A stretch of DNA of 64,000 nucleotides, taken from an uncultured delta proteobacterium. GTDB lineage: Bacteria > Myxococcota > Kuafuiibacteriia > Kuafuiibacteriales > Kuafuiibacteriaceae. Location of the stretch: positions 64,001 to 128,000 of the forward strand of contig CAWDML010000008.1 of assembly GCA_963803435.1 (NCBI GenBank). Direction: 5' to 3'. A model generated the notes under the pieces. The model had not been told where the DNA came from, ran no database searches, and saw only the letters and a program-made list of their open reading frames with translations. How positions within the stretch are numbered: the stretch's first letter is position 1; each line of letters begins with the position of its first letter. A program made the position numbers and the translations under genes. This document shows positions 22,591-32,135 of the stretch, piece by piece.

Positions 22591-24068
22591 TCACGCTCCA
22601 GTCGCTCGAGCTCCTGTTCCAGCTCGGACCAATGGCCCGACCCCTGCACGGGCATCTCGAGGTTGATCCTGCGGATGACGGCGTTCACTGCGGTCTCGCG
22701 CTCCGATCCCTTCGGCACGCGCATCCTCAGCGTGTAGGCACGCGACAAGAGGAGCTCGGGCTTCACGTCGGGCTTCAGCGCGGCGGGGACCATGGGGGGC
22801 AGCGCCGGCGGCCTCGGCTTCGAGCTCTTGGTGGCGCGTACCACCGCGCCCTCGGCGGGCGGCAGGGGGTGCGCCGTCACCGAGGGCGCAGGCGGAGGGG
22901 CGATCGCCTCGCGAGCCTCCACCGTCACCGCCGGCGGGCTCGGCCCGTCCCGAGGCGCGAGCAGGGCTCGGGCAAGGACGGCGGAGGTGGCGGCCAACGC
23001 GCCCCCCGCCAGGACGACGGCCGCGAGGCGCATCCAGCGCGACCGGGATCGATGAGCGTCCATCGACGGCACGGTCTCGGGCACCGGGCTGCTGAGCGTG
23101 TCGAGGATGGCGGTGTCCTGGAGGAGATTCGAGACCTCGGTCTTCCGCAGCTCGAGCTTGTGCTCGAGCTGATCATCGGTGAGCGTCGCGGGCGCGTCGG
23201 TCCGCTCCGTGTCACCGAGCCTGAGCAGCGCGCCGAGGAGCTGGTCCGCCGAGGCGAAGCGCTGTTCCGGCTTCAGGGCCACCGCGCGGAGCACGATCGC
23301 GTCGAGCGCTGGCGAAATGTCCGGGCGGATCGATGAAGGCGACCGGGGCTGCGCGACCATCGCGGCCTGCAGCATCTTCCCGATGGGGCCGTGCTCGATG
23401 TACGGCACCAGCGTCAGGAGCTCGAACATCACCACGCCGGCGGCGTAGAGATCGGCGCGGTGATCCTGCCCGTCCCCGAACGCTTGCTCCGGAGGCATGT
23501 AGCCGGGAGTGCCCACGATCAGACCGGTACCCGTCTTCCAGTCGCGGGCGTTCGAGCGCCCGATCCCGAGATCGATCAGGCGCGTCCGTCCGTCCTCTCC
23601 CACCATGATGTTCTTTGGAGAGATGTCTCGATGGATGATCCCGAGTCGCGCGCCGGTGTCCGGATGGACCGCTCCGTGAAGGTCGCTCAGGCCTCGCAGC
23701 ACACCCTCCATCACGTCGAGCACGGCGGGGATCGGAGGGAGACGCTGGCGACGCTGGTGCTCCTCGATGATGCGCGAGAGCGGCCAGCCGGCGACGTACT
23801 CCATGGCGATGAACAGCGTGCCGTCGATGATGCCGGCCTCGTGGAGCCTCACCACGTGGGGGCTCTTGACGAACGACACCAGCTCGGCCTCGTGGCGGAA
23901 CCGCCGGACGGCCATCTGATCGGACGCCAGCTCGCCGCGGAGACGCTTGATCACCAGAGGGGAGGGCGCATGCGGGTCGAGCGGGCGCGCCAGATGAACG
24001 TCGCCCATCGCACCCCGCCCGAGGCGCTTCAGGAGGACGTAGCCCCCGAAGGTCGCCAGCTCCGCCAC
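22587..24068 (-). CDS. Membrane Ser/Thr protein kinase
   Basis: LGRGAMGDV, VIKR, IIHRDISPKNIM, IDLG, GTPGYMPPEQ, ADLYAAG; TM and Pro-rich tail. Confidence 0.92.
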   Translation of the reverse strand: MAELATFGGYVLLKRLGRGAMGDVHLARPLDPHAPSPLVIKRLRGELASDQMAVRRFRHEAELVSFVKSPHVVRLHEAGIIDGTLFIAMEYVAGWPLSRIIEEHQRRQRLPPIPAVLDVMEGVLRGLSDLHGAVHPDTGARLGIIHRDISPKNIMVGEDGRTRLIDLGIGRSNARDWKTGTGLIVGTPGYMPPEQAFGDGQDHRADLYAAGVVMFELLTLVPYIEHGPIGKMLQAAMVAQPRSPSSIRPDISPALDAIVLRAVALKPEQRFASADQLLGALLRLGDTERTDAPATLTDDQLEHKLELRKTEVSNLLQDTAILDTLSSPVPETVPSMDAHRSRSRWMRLAAVVLAGGALAATSAVLARALLAPRDGPSPPAVTVEAREAIAPPPAPSVTAHPLPPAEGAVVRATKSSKPRPPALPPMVPAALKPDVKPELLLSRAYTLRMRVPKGSERETAVNAVIRRINLEMPVQGSGHWSELEQELERLERE

Positions 24069-24091
24069 CCACGTCAGCTTATCAGGTCCCT

Positions 24092-26383
24092 TTAGAGCTC
24101 GCCGAGGTCCACGTCGTTGTCGTGGTAGAACACGTGGTCGAGCACGCGCCTCAAGTCGTACCCGGCCGGGTAGCCGCACCCGATCCGCGTCCGTGCGACC
24201 TCACCCCGATCGAGGTCGAGCCTTCCATTGCCCTGGATCCTGAAGCCGTAACCGGTGCTGCCATCGATCAGGAACGAGCGGATCGCCATCGTTCCGCTGC
24301 AATCCACGGCGGCTTCATGGGCGTCGCGGACGAGGAGCCCGTCCACGGTCACAGCCACGTCGTCGTGGGTCACGAGGCCCGACGTGTGGCCTTCGAGGGT
24401 CAGCGTCCCCAGTTGTCCAGCCGAACGCTCGATCTCCAGAGCGATCCCCGGCGTCTCCCGGATAGTCAGGTTCAGGATCTCGATCCGCGGGATCCCGTTC
24501 ACACGCATCCCGGCTCGGTTGTTGGCCAGGGCCATCCGATCGACGGAGGCGCTGGTGAGGTTGTCGAGGACCACCGTACGACGAGCGGACTCGTCCTCGG
24601 CCCCCGAGTCGTTGATGCCGATGTCCGTGAGCTCGACCTCACCGTCGGCGGCGATCAGCCCGAACGAGGACCCACCGTCGACCTCGATCCGGCTGCCTAC
24701 CAGAGCCGCTCCGTGGAAGTTGAGACCTCCCCCCGACGCTCGGATGTCGCTGATTTGGACGTTCGAATCGATCCCCTCGATGGCGTCGTTGTGGATGTCG
24801 AGGAGCGCAGCGCGGCTGATGGTGGCCGTCCCGCTCCCCAGCACGATGCCGTCGTTCGCACCCTGGATCGAGAGATCGGTGAGGGTCACCGACCCCCGGT
24901 GCTGAAGATTCAGCGCCACGGACTGGGTCCGATCGAAGCGCGCCCGGCTGAGGGCGATCAGGTCGGTGTCCTCCAGCTGTCGCAGCCCGTCGCCGGCGGT
25001 GTCGGCGACCACCAGGCCTTCGAGCGAGAGTCGGGCGCCTCGCTCCATCCGGATCGCGTCTCCCTGGCTGCCGAGGATGGCGACGTCGTTCCCGCTCACC
25101 TGGGCGCCCGCTTCGAGCGAGAGTCCGATGAAATCGGCGCCGGCGATGGCGACCCTTTCCAGCGTGGCGCCCGCGCCGGGTTGGAGCTGGATCGAGGTGT
25201 CGGCGGCGCCCGAAACCACGCCGTCGGTGACGTCGAGCTTCGCACCTGGCTCCACGCTGATCCCATGTCCCGCTTCCATCGCGAGCCCGACGATCGTCAC
25301 GGTCGCCTGACTGCCGATCGAGGCCGCCGTCGCGGCGCGTCGAACGACCAGACCGCTGGCATGCACGTCCGCACGAACGCCGGCGGTGAAACCGGTGAGG
25401 CCGTCCTCGACGACCACGTCCGTGATGGTCGCGGTGGCGTCGGCGTGCACCAGCAACGTCGATCCCACGATCCGGAGGTTCGAGATCTCCGCGTTTCGCG
25501 CCTCCACCGAGCTCGCCCTCTCCTCGGCGGTGAGCACCGTCTCCGCGACGCAGGCGCCCACCACCCGGGTCTCTTCGAAGACCACCACCTCCACCGGATG
25601 GACCCCCTTGGAGAGGACGATGACGTCGTTCGGTGAGCGGACCTCGAGCGCGTCGCTGATCCGCATGAACGGCCGGGCCAAGCTGCCGTCGCCTCCTGGC
25701 GTGGCGGTCGGATCGACGTAGCGAGGTGTCCCGTCCGGGACCTCCGTGGGCCAGGAACCGGTGGGACAATCGGACCCCACCCGCGTGCACGCGACGTCGC
25801 CATAGTGCTGAGCCGAGTCGATCGCGCACAGCCCCGGCACGGCCACCCCGTCGGGGACGCTCGGCGCGCTCGGTGGGGTCGGAACCTCCGGAGACCGCGG
25901 AACCTCGGCGAGCCCGTCGCAGGCGCAGACGCCAAGTGCGACGAACACACAACCGCACTCGATGCAGGTCTTGGGATCCACGTCGCGTTCAAAGCGCATG
26001 GCCCAAGACGGGACCACTTCGATCGGCCGCCAGCGCTCGGCGCTGCGGTGGACCGTCGTGGTCCACATCTTGGCCGGAGTTGTGAGGGGGATCGGCGAGG
26101 GGCCGGCCCCGCGAGAGAGCTGGCCCGTCCGGATCATGTGGGCGCAGCTCTTGTCGAGGTAGCCCAGCGCGGTGACCTCGATCCGCGAGCGGCCGTCGTA
26201 TTCGATTGCGAAGGTGTCCTCGGGGACGTCGATTGCGTGTAGCTCCGGCTCGTCGTTTCCATAGTCGAGCGCCACGATCAGCGAGCCGATCGAATCATCC
26301 ACTGGAACGTCGAGTCGAAGCTCACCGCGGCACGAGAGGAGGAGCAGGGCGATGGCGAAGCGAGCGGACAACGCCGCGATCAT
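24092..26383 (-). CDS. Lipoprotein with right-handed beta-helix (DUF1565-like); paralog of 3771-5961
   Basis: LLLSC lipobox; Cys-rich linker; RYVDPTATPGGDGSLARPFMRISDAL, VVGACVAETVL; beta-helix repeats. Confidence 0.8.
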   Translation of the reverse strand: MIAALSARFAIALLLLSCRGELRLDVPVDDSIGSLIVALDYGNDEPELHAIDVPEDTFAIEYDGRSRIEVTALGYLDKSCAHMIRTGQLSRGAGPSPIPLTTPAKMWTTTVHRSAERWRPIEVVPSWAMRFERDVDPKTCIECGCVFVALGVCACDGLAEVPRSPEVPTPPSAPSVPDGVAVPGLCAIDSAQHYGDVACTRVGSDCPTGSWPTEVPDGTPRYVDPTATPGGDGSLARPFMRISDALEVRSPNDVIVLSKGVHPVEVVVFEETRVVGACVAETVLTAEERASSVEARNAEISNLRIVGSTLLVHADATATITDVVVEDGLTGFTAGVRADVHASGLVVRRAATAASIGSQATVTIVGLAMEAGHGISVEPGAKLDVTDGVVSGAADTSIQLQPGAGATLERVAIAGADFIGLSLEAGAQVSGNDVAILGSQGDAIRMERGARLSLEGLVVADTAGDGLRQLEDTDLIALSRARFDRTQSVALNLQHRGSVTLTDLSIQGANDGIVLGSGTATISRAALLDIHNDAIEGIDSNVQISDIRASGGGLNFHGAALVGSRIEVDGGSSFGLIAADGEVELTDIGINDSGAEDESARRTVVLDNLTSASVDRMALANNRAGMRVNGIPRIEILNLTIRETPGIALEIERSAGQLGTLTLEGHTSGLVTHDDVAVTVDGLLVRDAHEAAVDCSGTMAIRSFLIDGSTGYGFRIQGNGRLDLDRGEVARTRIGCGYPAGYDLRRVLDHVFYHDNDVDLGEL

Positions 26384-26499
26384 TGTGCCACACCGCGATG
26401 ACCCGGGGGGGCGGTCCCGGAGCGGATCGCGACGTCCGGCGGTTGGCCCGCGCGGACGGCTGACCCTGTCGACGCACCGTGGTAACTGGATCACACGCC

Positions 26500-27189
26500 G
26501 TGTCGAAGAAGAGGAAGAAGACGAGGCCGGCGCCCCGGTTCTTCAAGCGCGAGCACTGGCCGAAGGTCCGGGCGGCGATCATCGCCTACTTCGTCGTCTT
26601 CAACGTTCTCGCCGCCGTCCCTGCGCCCGGCGGCGTCTCGCGCGCGATGCTCGAAAAGCCGGTCAACCAGGCCGAGCTGAAGCGCTGGGTCACCCTTCTT
26701 CGCTCGGTCGGCATCGACACCGATCCCAAGGGGCTCGGCGAGTGGTATCTCGGATTCGCGGCGGGCTTCGACAGTGCGCACGCGATCGCGATGAAGCCGA
26801 TCGAGGATTGGATGGCGCTCACCGAGACCTGGCAGGGTTGGCGCTTGTTCGGCATGCCCGACGAGCGGCCCTTCGCGCTCCGTGTCAGCGTTCGCCGCGA
26901 CGGTAAAGAGGAGATCCTGTATCAGAGCGGCGATCCCGAACGGCGGTGGGGTGCCTCCTTTCTCGAGTACCGGCGGGTGCGCGCGCTCTACAATCCCGGC
27001 GGCAGCGGTCCCACGAGCACGTACCGGGGATTCGGCTTGCGCCTGAGCGAGCGCATCTTCGAGGAGATGCCGGACGTCGACGAGGTGATCCTGGTGCTCC
27101 TGCAGGGCCACACCACGCTGCCGGGTGAGCCACCCGATCCGGAGGTTCGCGAGACCTATCCTCTGCACTTCTCGAGGCCCTCCGCGTGA
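26500..27189 (+). CDS. HTTM-partner membrane protein (SdpA/DUF5819-like)
   Basis: N-terminal TM; ETWQGWRLFGMPD resembles the Q.W.(L/M)FAP motif; overlaps the HTTM gene start. Confidence 0.6.
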   Translation: MSKKRKKTRPAPRFFKREHWPKVRAAIIAYFVVFNVLAAVPAPGGVSRAMLEKPVNQAELKRWVTLLRSVGIDTDPKGLGEWYLGFAAGFDSAHAIAMKPIEDWMALTETWQGWRLFGMPDERPFALRVSVRRDGKEEILYQSGDPERRWGASFLEYRRVRALYNPGGSGPTSTYRGFGLRLSERIFEEMPDVDEVILVLLQGHTTLPGEPPDPEVRETYPLHFSRPSA

Positions 27190-28133
27190 TCCGTCGGCTG
27201 GCCAACCGATGGGTCGCGTTCTGGGACGAGCGAGAGTCGCCGACCTCGATCGTCGCGATCCGTATCCTGCTCTCGCTGGTGATGCTCTGGGATCTGGCCA
27301 TGATCGGGATTCACGACCTCCCGGCCATGTTGTGGGCCCCGCTCGAGGCGGGCGGCGTCTCGAGGATGTCGGATCCACCGCCGTTCTACCGCTGGTTCCC
27401 CATGACCTCGACGACGGCGACGGTCCTCTGGATCGTGCTGGTCGTCAGCATCGTCTGCTTCGGGATCGGCTTCTTCACGCGGACGTCGGCGCTGGTCTTC
27501 GCGCTTGCGTACGCGCAGTCGGCGTCGATCAACGACTACGGCGACCGCGGGATCGATCGCGCGGTACGCATCGTCATGCTGATCCTCGCGTTCTCCGCGG
27601 CAGGCTCTGCCTGGTCGATCGACGCCAAGCGCAAGACCGGTCGCTTCCGCGGCGACGGGCGTCCCGTGGGAGCCTGGGCGCGACACCTGATCTTCTGCCA
27701 GCTCGTCTTGCTCTACTGCGCAGCAGGCTTCTCGAAGGGAGGCACGCGCTGGTATCCATGGGGCGGCTACACCGCGCTCTACGTGATCCTCCAGGACCCG
27801 ATCTTCGCGGTGACGGACTTCAGCTGGCTGTCGCAGCCGATCCTCTACTTCTTCAGCCGGGCGGCGACTGCCATCACGCACTTGTGGGAGCTGGGAGCGC
27901 CGATCATGCTGGTCGCCGCGTACTACCGGCGGACGGCGGAACGCCCCGGGCGGTTGCGGGCGCTGTTCAACCGGCTCCCGGTACGAAACGTCTATGTGGC
28001 GATCGGCGCGACGTTCCACCTGATGCTGGCGCTGACACTGCGGCTCGGGATCTTTCCATTTGCCATGCTCGCCTTCTTTCCCGCGTTCTACCGTCCGGAC
28101 GAGCTCGAGCGTCTCGGAGGCAAGATCCGATGA
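27186..28133 (+). CDS. HTTM domain membrane protein (SdpB / vitamin-K-dependent carboxylase N-terminal-like)
   Basis: RILL, GFFTR, AWSIDA, CQLVLLYCAAGFSK, LWEL, GATFHL...LGIFPFAM. Confidence 0.85.
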   Translation: MIRRLANRWVAFWDERESPTSIVAIRILLSLVMLWDLAMIGIHDLPAMLWAPLEAGGVSRMSDPPPFYRWFPMTSTTATVLWIVLVVSIVCFGIGFFTRTSALVFALAYAQSASINDYGDRGIDRAVRIVMLILAFSAAGSAWSIDAKRKTGRFRGDGRPVGAWARHLIFCQLVLLYCAAGFSKGGTRWYPWGGYTALYVILQDPIFAVTDFSWLSQPILYFFSRAATAITHLWELGAPIMLVAAYYRRTAERPGRLRALFNRLPVRNVYVAIGATFHLMLALTLRLGIFPFAMLAFFPAFYRPDELERLGGKIR

Positions 28134-29191
28134 TCCCGGTGGTCCTGCTCCTCGTCGCCCAGGACGCGCACCCGGTCGAGCTCTACCGGGAGGCAGGCCA
28201 GCGCGCCCGCGCAGGAAAGAAGGAGGAGGCGATCGCGCTCCTCGATCGCATCGCGGATCTCGGGATCGCGTTCGAGCCTGGAAAAGATCCGGACTTTGCG
28301 TCCCTGCGGGAGACGCCCGAGCTCGAGGTGATCACCAAGCGGTTCGCCGCCAACATGACGCCCACATCCCATAGTCGGGTCGCCTTCGAGATCCCGGAGG
28401 ATCTCGGTCTGCCCGAAGGCATCACCTACGATCCGGCTCGACGGCGTTTCCTGATCGGCACGGTCAGCACGCGCAAGCTCCTCTCCGTCGACCATCGAGG
28501 GAAAGTGCACGAGCTCGCCTCGGACAAGGACGGGCTCTGGTCGGTCCTCGGGATGGCGGTCGATCAAAAGCGGGACATCCTGTGGGCGGCGACCTCTGCG
28601 ATCGACGAGAAGCGAAAAGCGGCGCTGGTGAAGGTCGATCTGACCCGGGACAAGGTGATCGGAAAGTATCTCCTCCCGGAGGACGGGCGCGAGCACGTGC
28701 TCGGAGACGTCACCGTGAGCTCGGCGGGCGACGCCTATACCTCGGATAGCGTGACGCCGGCGATCTATCGGCTGCGGCGCGGGCACCACAAACTCGAGGT
28801 CTTCGTCGGGGGCGCTCCCTTTCGCTCGCCGCAGGGGCTTTGCATGTCGAAGGACGAGGCCACGCTGTTTGTGGCCGACTCCGCGCTCGGGATCTTCGCG
28901 ATCGACCTCGCGACCGGAAAACCGATCCGCCTCGAGGTGCCCGACTCGGTGACCGTCGCCGGGATCGACGGTCTCAGCTGCTACCACGACTCACTGATCG
29001 CCACGCAGAACGGCTTTCATCCCAACCGGGTCCTCCGGATCTTCGTCGATCGGGCCTGCCGGAAGATCGACAAGGCCGTGGTCCTCGAGTCGAATCACCC
29101 CGACTTCAGCGAGGTGACCCTGGGTGTCGTCGTCAGGGACGCATTCTTCTACGTCGCCGGGCCCTCCAAGATCCTGAGGCTTCAACTATGA
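28130..29191 (+). CDS. SMP-30/gluconolactonase-like beta-propeller with N-terminal TPR-like segment
   Basis: PEGITYD, VLGMAVD, LGDVTV, SPQGL, GIDGL, IATQNG repeats. Confidence 0.75.
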   Translation: MIPVVLLLVAQDAHPVELYREAGQRARAGKKEEAIALLDRIADLGIAFEPGKDPDFASLRETPELEVITKRFAANMTPTSHSRVAFEIPEDLGLPEGITYDPARRRFLIGTVSTRKLLSVDHRGKVHELASDKDGLWSVLGMAVDQKRDILWAATSAIDEKRKAALVKVDLTRDKVIGKYLLPEDGREHVLGDVTVSSAGDAYTSDSVTPAIYRLRRGHHKLEVFVGGAPFRSPQGLCMSKDEATLFVADSALGIFAIDLATGKPIRLEVPDSVTVAGIDGLSCYHDSLIATQNGFHPNRVLRIFVDRACRKIDKAVVLESNHPDFSEVTLGVVVRDAFFYVAGPSKILRLQL

Positions 29192-29970
29192 GAAGGCATC
29201 TCACGCTCCTCGGCTTCTCCTTGGCGGTGCTCGCTTCGTGCGCGCTCTTCAAGAAGAAGGAGCCCGAGAAGCAGGCGCCCAGGGGCCCGGTCGCGCCCGC
29301 CTGGGTGGGAAAGAAACGGTTCTATCAGAAGGACGGGGACAAGCTCCGGCTCTACGGCGTTGGCGCGGTCGAGCTCCCGAAGATCGAGAAGGGGAACTGT
29401 CCGGCGCCGCGCACACTGGCGCAGGCGGCGCTCGGTCGGGCCCGGGCGCAGATCGCGGGCATCGTCGACGGCAAGGCCAAGGTCGATCCGGGCTACGAGA
29501 TGAGCGCGGCCGAGCTGGCAGGCTCCGAGCCGGCGTTCGGGTGGTTCGATGGCGACCACACCATCTACGTCGCCGCCAAGCTCGAGACCTCCACCGCGCC
29601 GCCGGCTCTCGACACCCTCGAGTCGCTCACCCCCAAAGGCGGCGTCGACGCCGGCGCGGTGGTCGACACCGTGCGGGACGCGATGCAGGCGAAGCTGGAC
29701 GCCACCGGCGTCTGCCAGGATCCGCATCGCCGTCAAACCAACAAGTGCTGCGGCGGACCGCAACGGTTCTGTTATGACCAGAAGCGCTACTCCAACATGC
29801 TCGGCCCGGGCGTGTGCGCCTGCGGGCAGGGCCTGCCGTGCCTGTTCGACTTCATGTGCGAGACCAGCGGGCAGAACGGGACGCGCTGCATCTGCCGGGG
29901 CCCCAAGTGCCCGTGCGAGGTGCTCAACTGCGACCCGGGGGAGACCTGCGGCGACGGCCGGTGTTACTGA
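29188..29970 (+). CDS. Lipoprotein with LPP20-like domain and Cys-rich C-terminus
   Basis: LASC lipobox; APAWV...LYGVG...RARAQIA; many Cys in the last ~85 aa. Confidence 0.75.
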   Translation: MRRHLTLLGFSLAVLASCALFKKKEPEKQAPRGPVAPAWVGKKRFYQKDGDKLRLYGVGAVELPKIEKGNCPAPRTLAQAALGRARAQIAGIVDGKAKVDPGYEMSAAELAGSEPAFGWFDGDHTIYVAAKLETSTAPPALDTLESLTPKGGVDAGAVVDTVRDAMQAKLDATGVCQDPHRRQTNKCCGGPQRFCYDQKRYSNMLGPGVCACGQGLPCLFDFMCETSGQNGTRCICRGPKCPCEVLNCDPGETCGDGRCY

Positions 29971-29988
29971 ACGAAGTGGACCGAGCAA

Positions 29989-30747
29989 GCGTACAGCTTC
30001 GACGTCGACCGTGCCGCGATGGAGCGTTCGTACGACACGATGCGGCGCATCTATCTCGAGATCTTCGAGCGCTGCGGCCTCGAGGTCGTCTTGGTCGAAG
30101 CGGACTCGGGGGCGATCGGCGGCGCGGTGAGCGAGGAGTTCATGGTGCGGAGCGAGCTCGGAGAAGACACCATCATCGTCACCGAGGACGGGCGGGCCGC
30201 GAACGCCGAGCGAGCCGCGGATCTGGCGGGAGAGCGCGCCCAGGCGATCGAGGTCGGGCACATCTTTCAGCTCGGCGTGCGCTACTCCGAGCCGATGCGC
30301 GCCTCGTTCGCCGACGCCTTGCAGCAGCAGCGCAGCTTCTGGATGGGCTGCTACGGCATTGGCGTCACCCGCATGGTGCAGGCCCTGGTCGAGCAACACT
30401 GTGATGCCGCGGGAATGATCTGGCCGCGCTCGATCGCGCCCTATCACGTGCACCTGATCCAGACACGCCGACACGACGAGGTGCAGACGGCGCTGTGTGA
30501 GCGGATCTACGCCGCGTTGCAGGACAGGCGGATCGAGGTTCTCTGGGACGAGCGCGATCTGAGCACGGGCGCGCAGCTCGCCGACGCCGATCTGATCGGC
30601 CTGCCGTTTCGCCTGATCGCCCGGCGTGACGCGGAAGAGGGGAGGGTCGAGCTCAGCGAGCGCGCAAAACCGAGTGGGACCAGGCGGTTGCAGGTCCACG
30701 AGGCGATCGCGGAGCTCGAGCAAAACCTGCTTCGAACGCAGCCGTGA
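29989..30747 (+). pseudogene. proS: 5'-truncated prolyl-tRNA synthetase (C-terminal catalytic half + anticodon-binding domain, no editing domain)
   Basis: AYSFD, EADSGAIGG..SEEF, GEDTI, IEVGHIFQLG..YS, MGCYGIGVTR, WPRSIAPY, DADLIGLP. Class II motifs 1 and 2 absent. First ATG at 30019. Confidence 0.8.
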
Positions 30748-30814
30748 CGGCCCCTCGTTGGGGAACGAAGGTCACTCGGGTCGAAAATCTCTGACACGAG
30801 CCGGCTCGCGAGCA

Positions 30815-31390
30815 TCATGAGGCGCCCGAGTCGTCGAGCCTGGGCTCGAAGTCGGGCAGATCGAAGATCTTCTTGCCCGTGTAACCGCCCACCTCTCCCT
30901 CCGGTCTGCGATTACCTTGGGGCCACGGATCGAGGTCGACGTCGTCGGTCTGTTCGTGGAACCCAATCTCCTCCTCGGGGGTCAGCGGAGGTGTCGCACC
31001 GCCCGCTTCCTTCGGAATCTCGCCCTCGCCGCCTTCGTCCGCTCCACCCTCGGAGTTCAGGTTGATGATCGCCGGGCCCCCCGGCAGCGCAACCACCGAC
31101 CCGGGCCCTGCTTGCGTCTGTCCCGTGGGCCCGCTGCCTGAGGGGGTGAGTCGCTGGCCCAGGCCTGGGCCGATACCGGTGCTCGCTCCTGCTCCCGTCC
31201 CATCGCTCGCGAAGTGATCCACGGCTTGGGTACCGATCACCTGTCGGGCCTGGCCTTGGACCTGACCCGCGGTGACCGCTTGCTGCGCCTTCTGTACGTC
31301 CGTTTGGTCAGCGACGTTGGTTACGCCGTCGGTCCCCGCGGACGGATCAGCTCCCGTGGTCTTCTTGGTGGCGTTCGGATCGACGTTCAT
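30815..31390 (-). CDS. Low-complexity Gly/Thr/Gln-rich hypothetical protein
   Basis: MNVDPNATKKTTGADPSAG...; AAGGGA RBS upstream; acidic C-terminus. Confidence 0.6.
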   Translation of the reverse strand: MNVDPNATKKTTGADPSAGTDGVTNVADQTDVQKAQQAVTAGQVQGQARQVIGTQAVDHFASDGTGAGASTGIGPGLGQRLTPSGSGPTGQTQAGPGSVVALPGGPAIINLNSEGGADEGGEGEIPKEAGGATPPLTPEEEIGFHEQTDDVDLDPWPQGNRRPEGEVGGYTGKKIFDLPDFEPRLDDSGAS

Positions 31391-31567
31391 CTCTTGATCC
31401 CTTCGTTCTGGGCGGCGAGCGCATCGAGTTCGGTGCGATGCTGTCGCTCGCAGCGGATTCAATGTTACCGCGAGCCCGTCGCGGAGATCGCGTACGGCGC
31501 GCGCACTAAAATTACGGCGGCAGGCTCTCGACGTCTCTCGGCGTAAGCGGAACGTAAGCGTCGAGCG

Positions 31568-32053
31568 ATGTTCAAACCCAGCACGCTCGATGCGATGGCT
31601 TACGACCTCGAGAGAGTTGTCATGCTTCAGCTCCGGCGCGGGTCCGGCGAAGAGCGCTTCGAGCTGCCGGGCTCGATCGAACCCCTGCTCTCGCGCGCCT
31701 TGGACCGCGACCTCTCTCGGCCTGAACCGCTCCCCGCCATCCACGCCGCGTTGAAGCTCGCGGCTGCGTTCGCCGACGGGCTGCAGTCGCCCTCGATCGC
31801 CGCGCGGATTCGCGCGGTCCTTCGCTCCGATGTGCGCGCGATTCGGCTCATCTCCGACCGTCTCCTCAACGACCGCCCGATCAATCGAGCTCGGAGCTTT
31901 GCCGAGCGCGAGGGCCGCCCGATCTCGCTGCAGGCGCCGAAGGAGTCGGATCTCGTGCCCGTCGACAGCGTCCCTCTCCGCGCGTTCCTGGACAACGCCG
32001 GCGGCATTCGGATGCCGCGGGTCGTTCGCCGCGGCGGCTCTCCAAGACGATGA
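31568..32053 (+). CDS. Hypothetical protein
   Basis: 161-aa ORF with protein-like composition, divergent from the 31390 gene. Confidence 0.55.
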   Translation: MFKPSTLDAMAYDLERVVMLQLRRGSGEERFELPGSIEPLLSRALDRDLSRPEPLPAIHAALKLAAAFADGLQSPSIAARIRAVLRSDVRAIRLISDRLLNDRPINRARSFAEREGRPISLQAPKESDLVPVDSVPLRAFLDNAGGIRMPRVVRRGGSPRR

Positions 32054-32135
32054 CGCCCTGCCGGGAGCGCTCCGTCTTCTGACGGACCGACCGAAGCGGC
32101 ACCCTGCTTGCACAAGAGACGAAGCGGTCTACGGG

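Noticed and set aside
29968-29970. TGA in frame between the Cys-rich lipoprotein and the proS fragment as Sec or read-through
   Set aside because: No redox-motif context, no convincing downstream hairpin, and a lipoprotein-synthetase fusion is topologically implausible.
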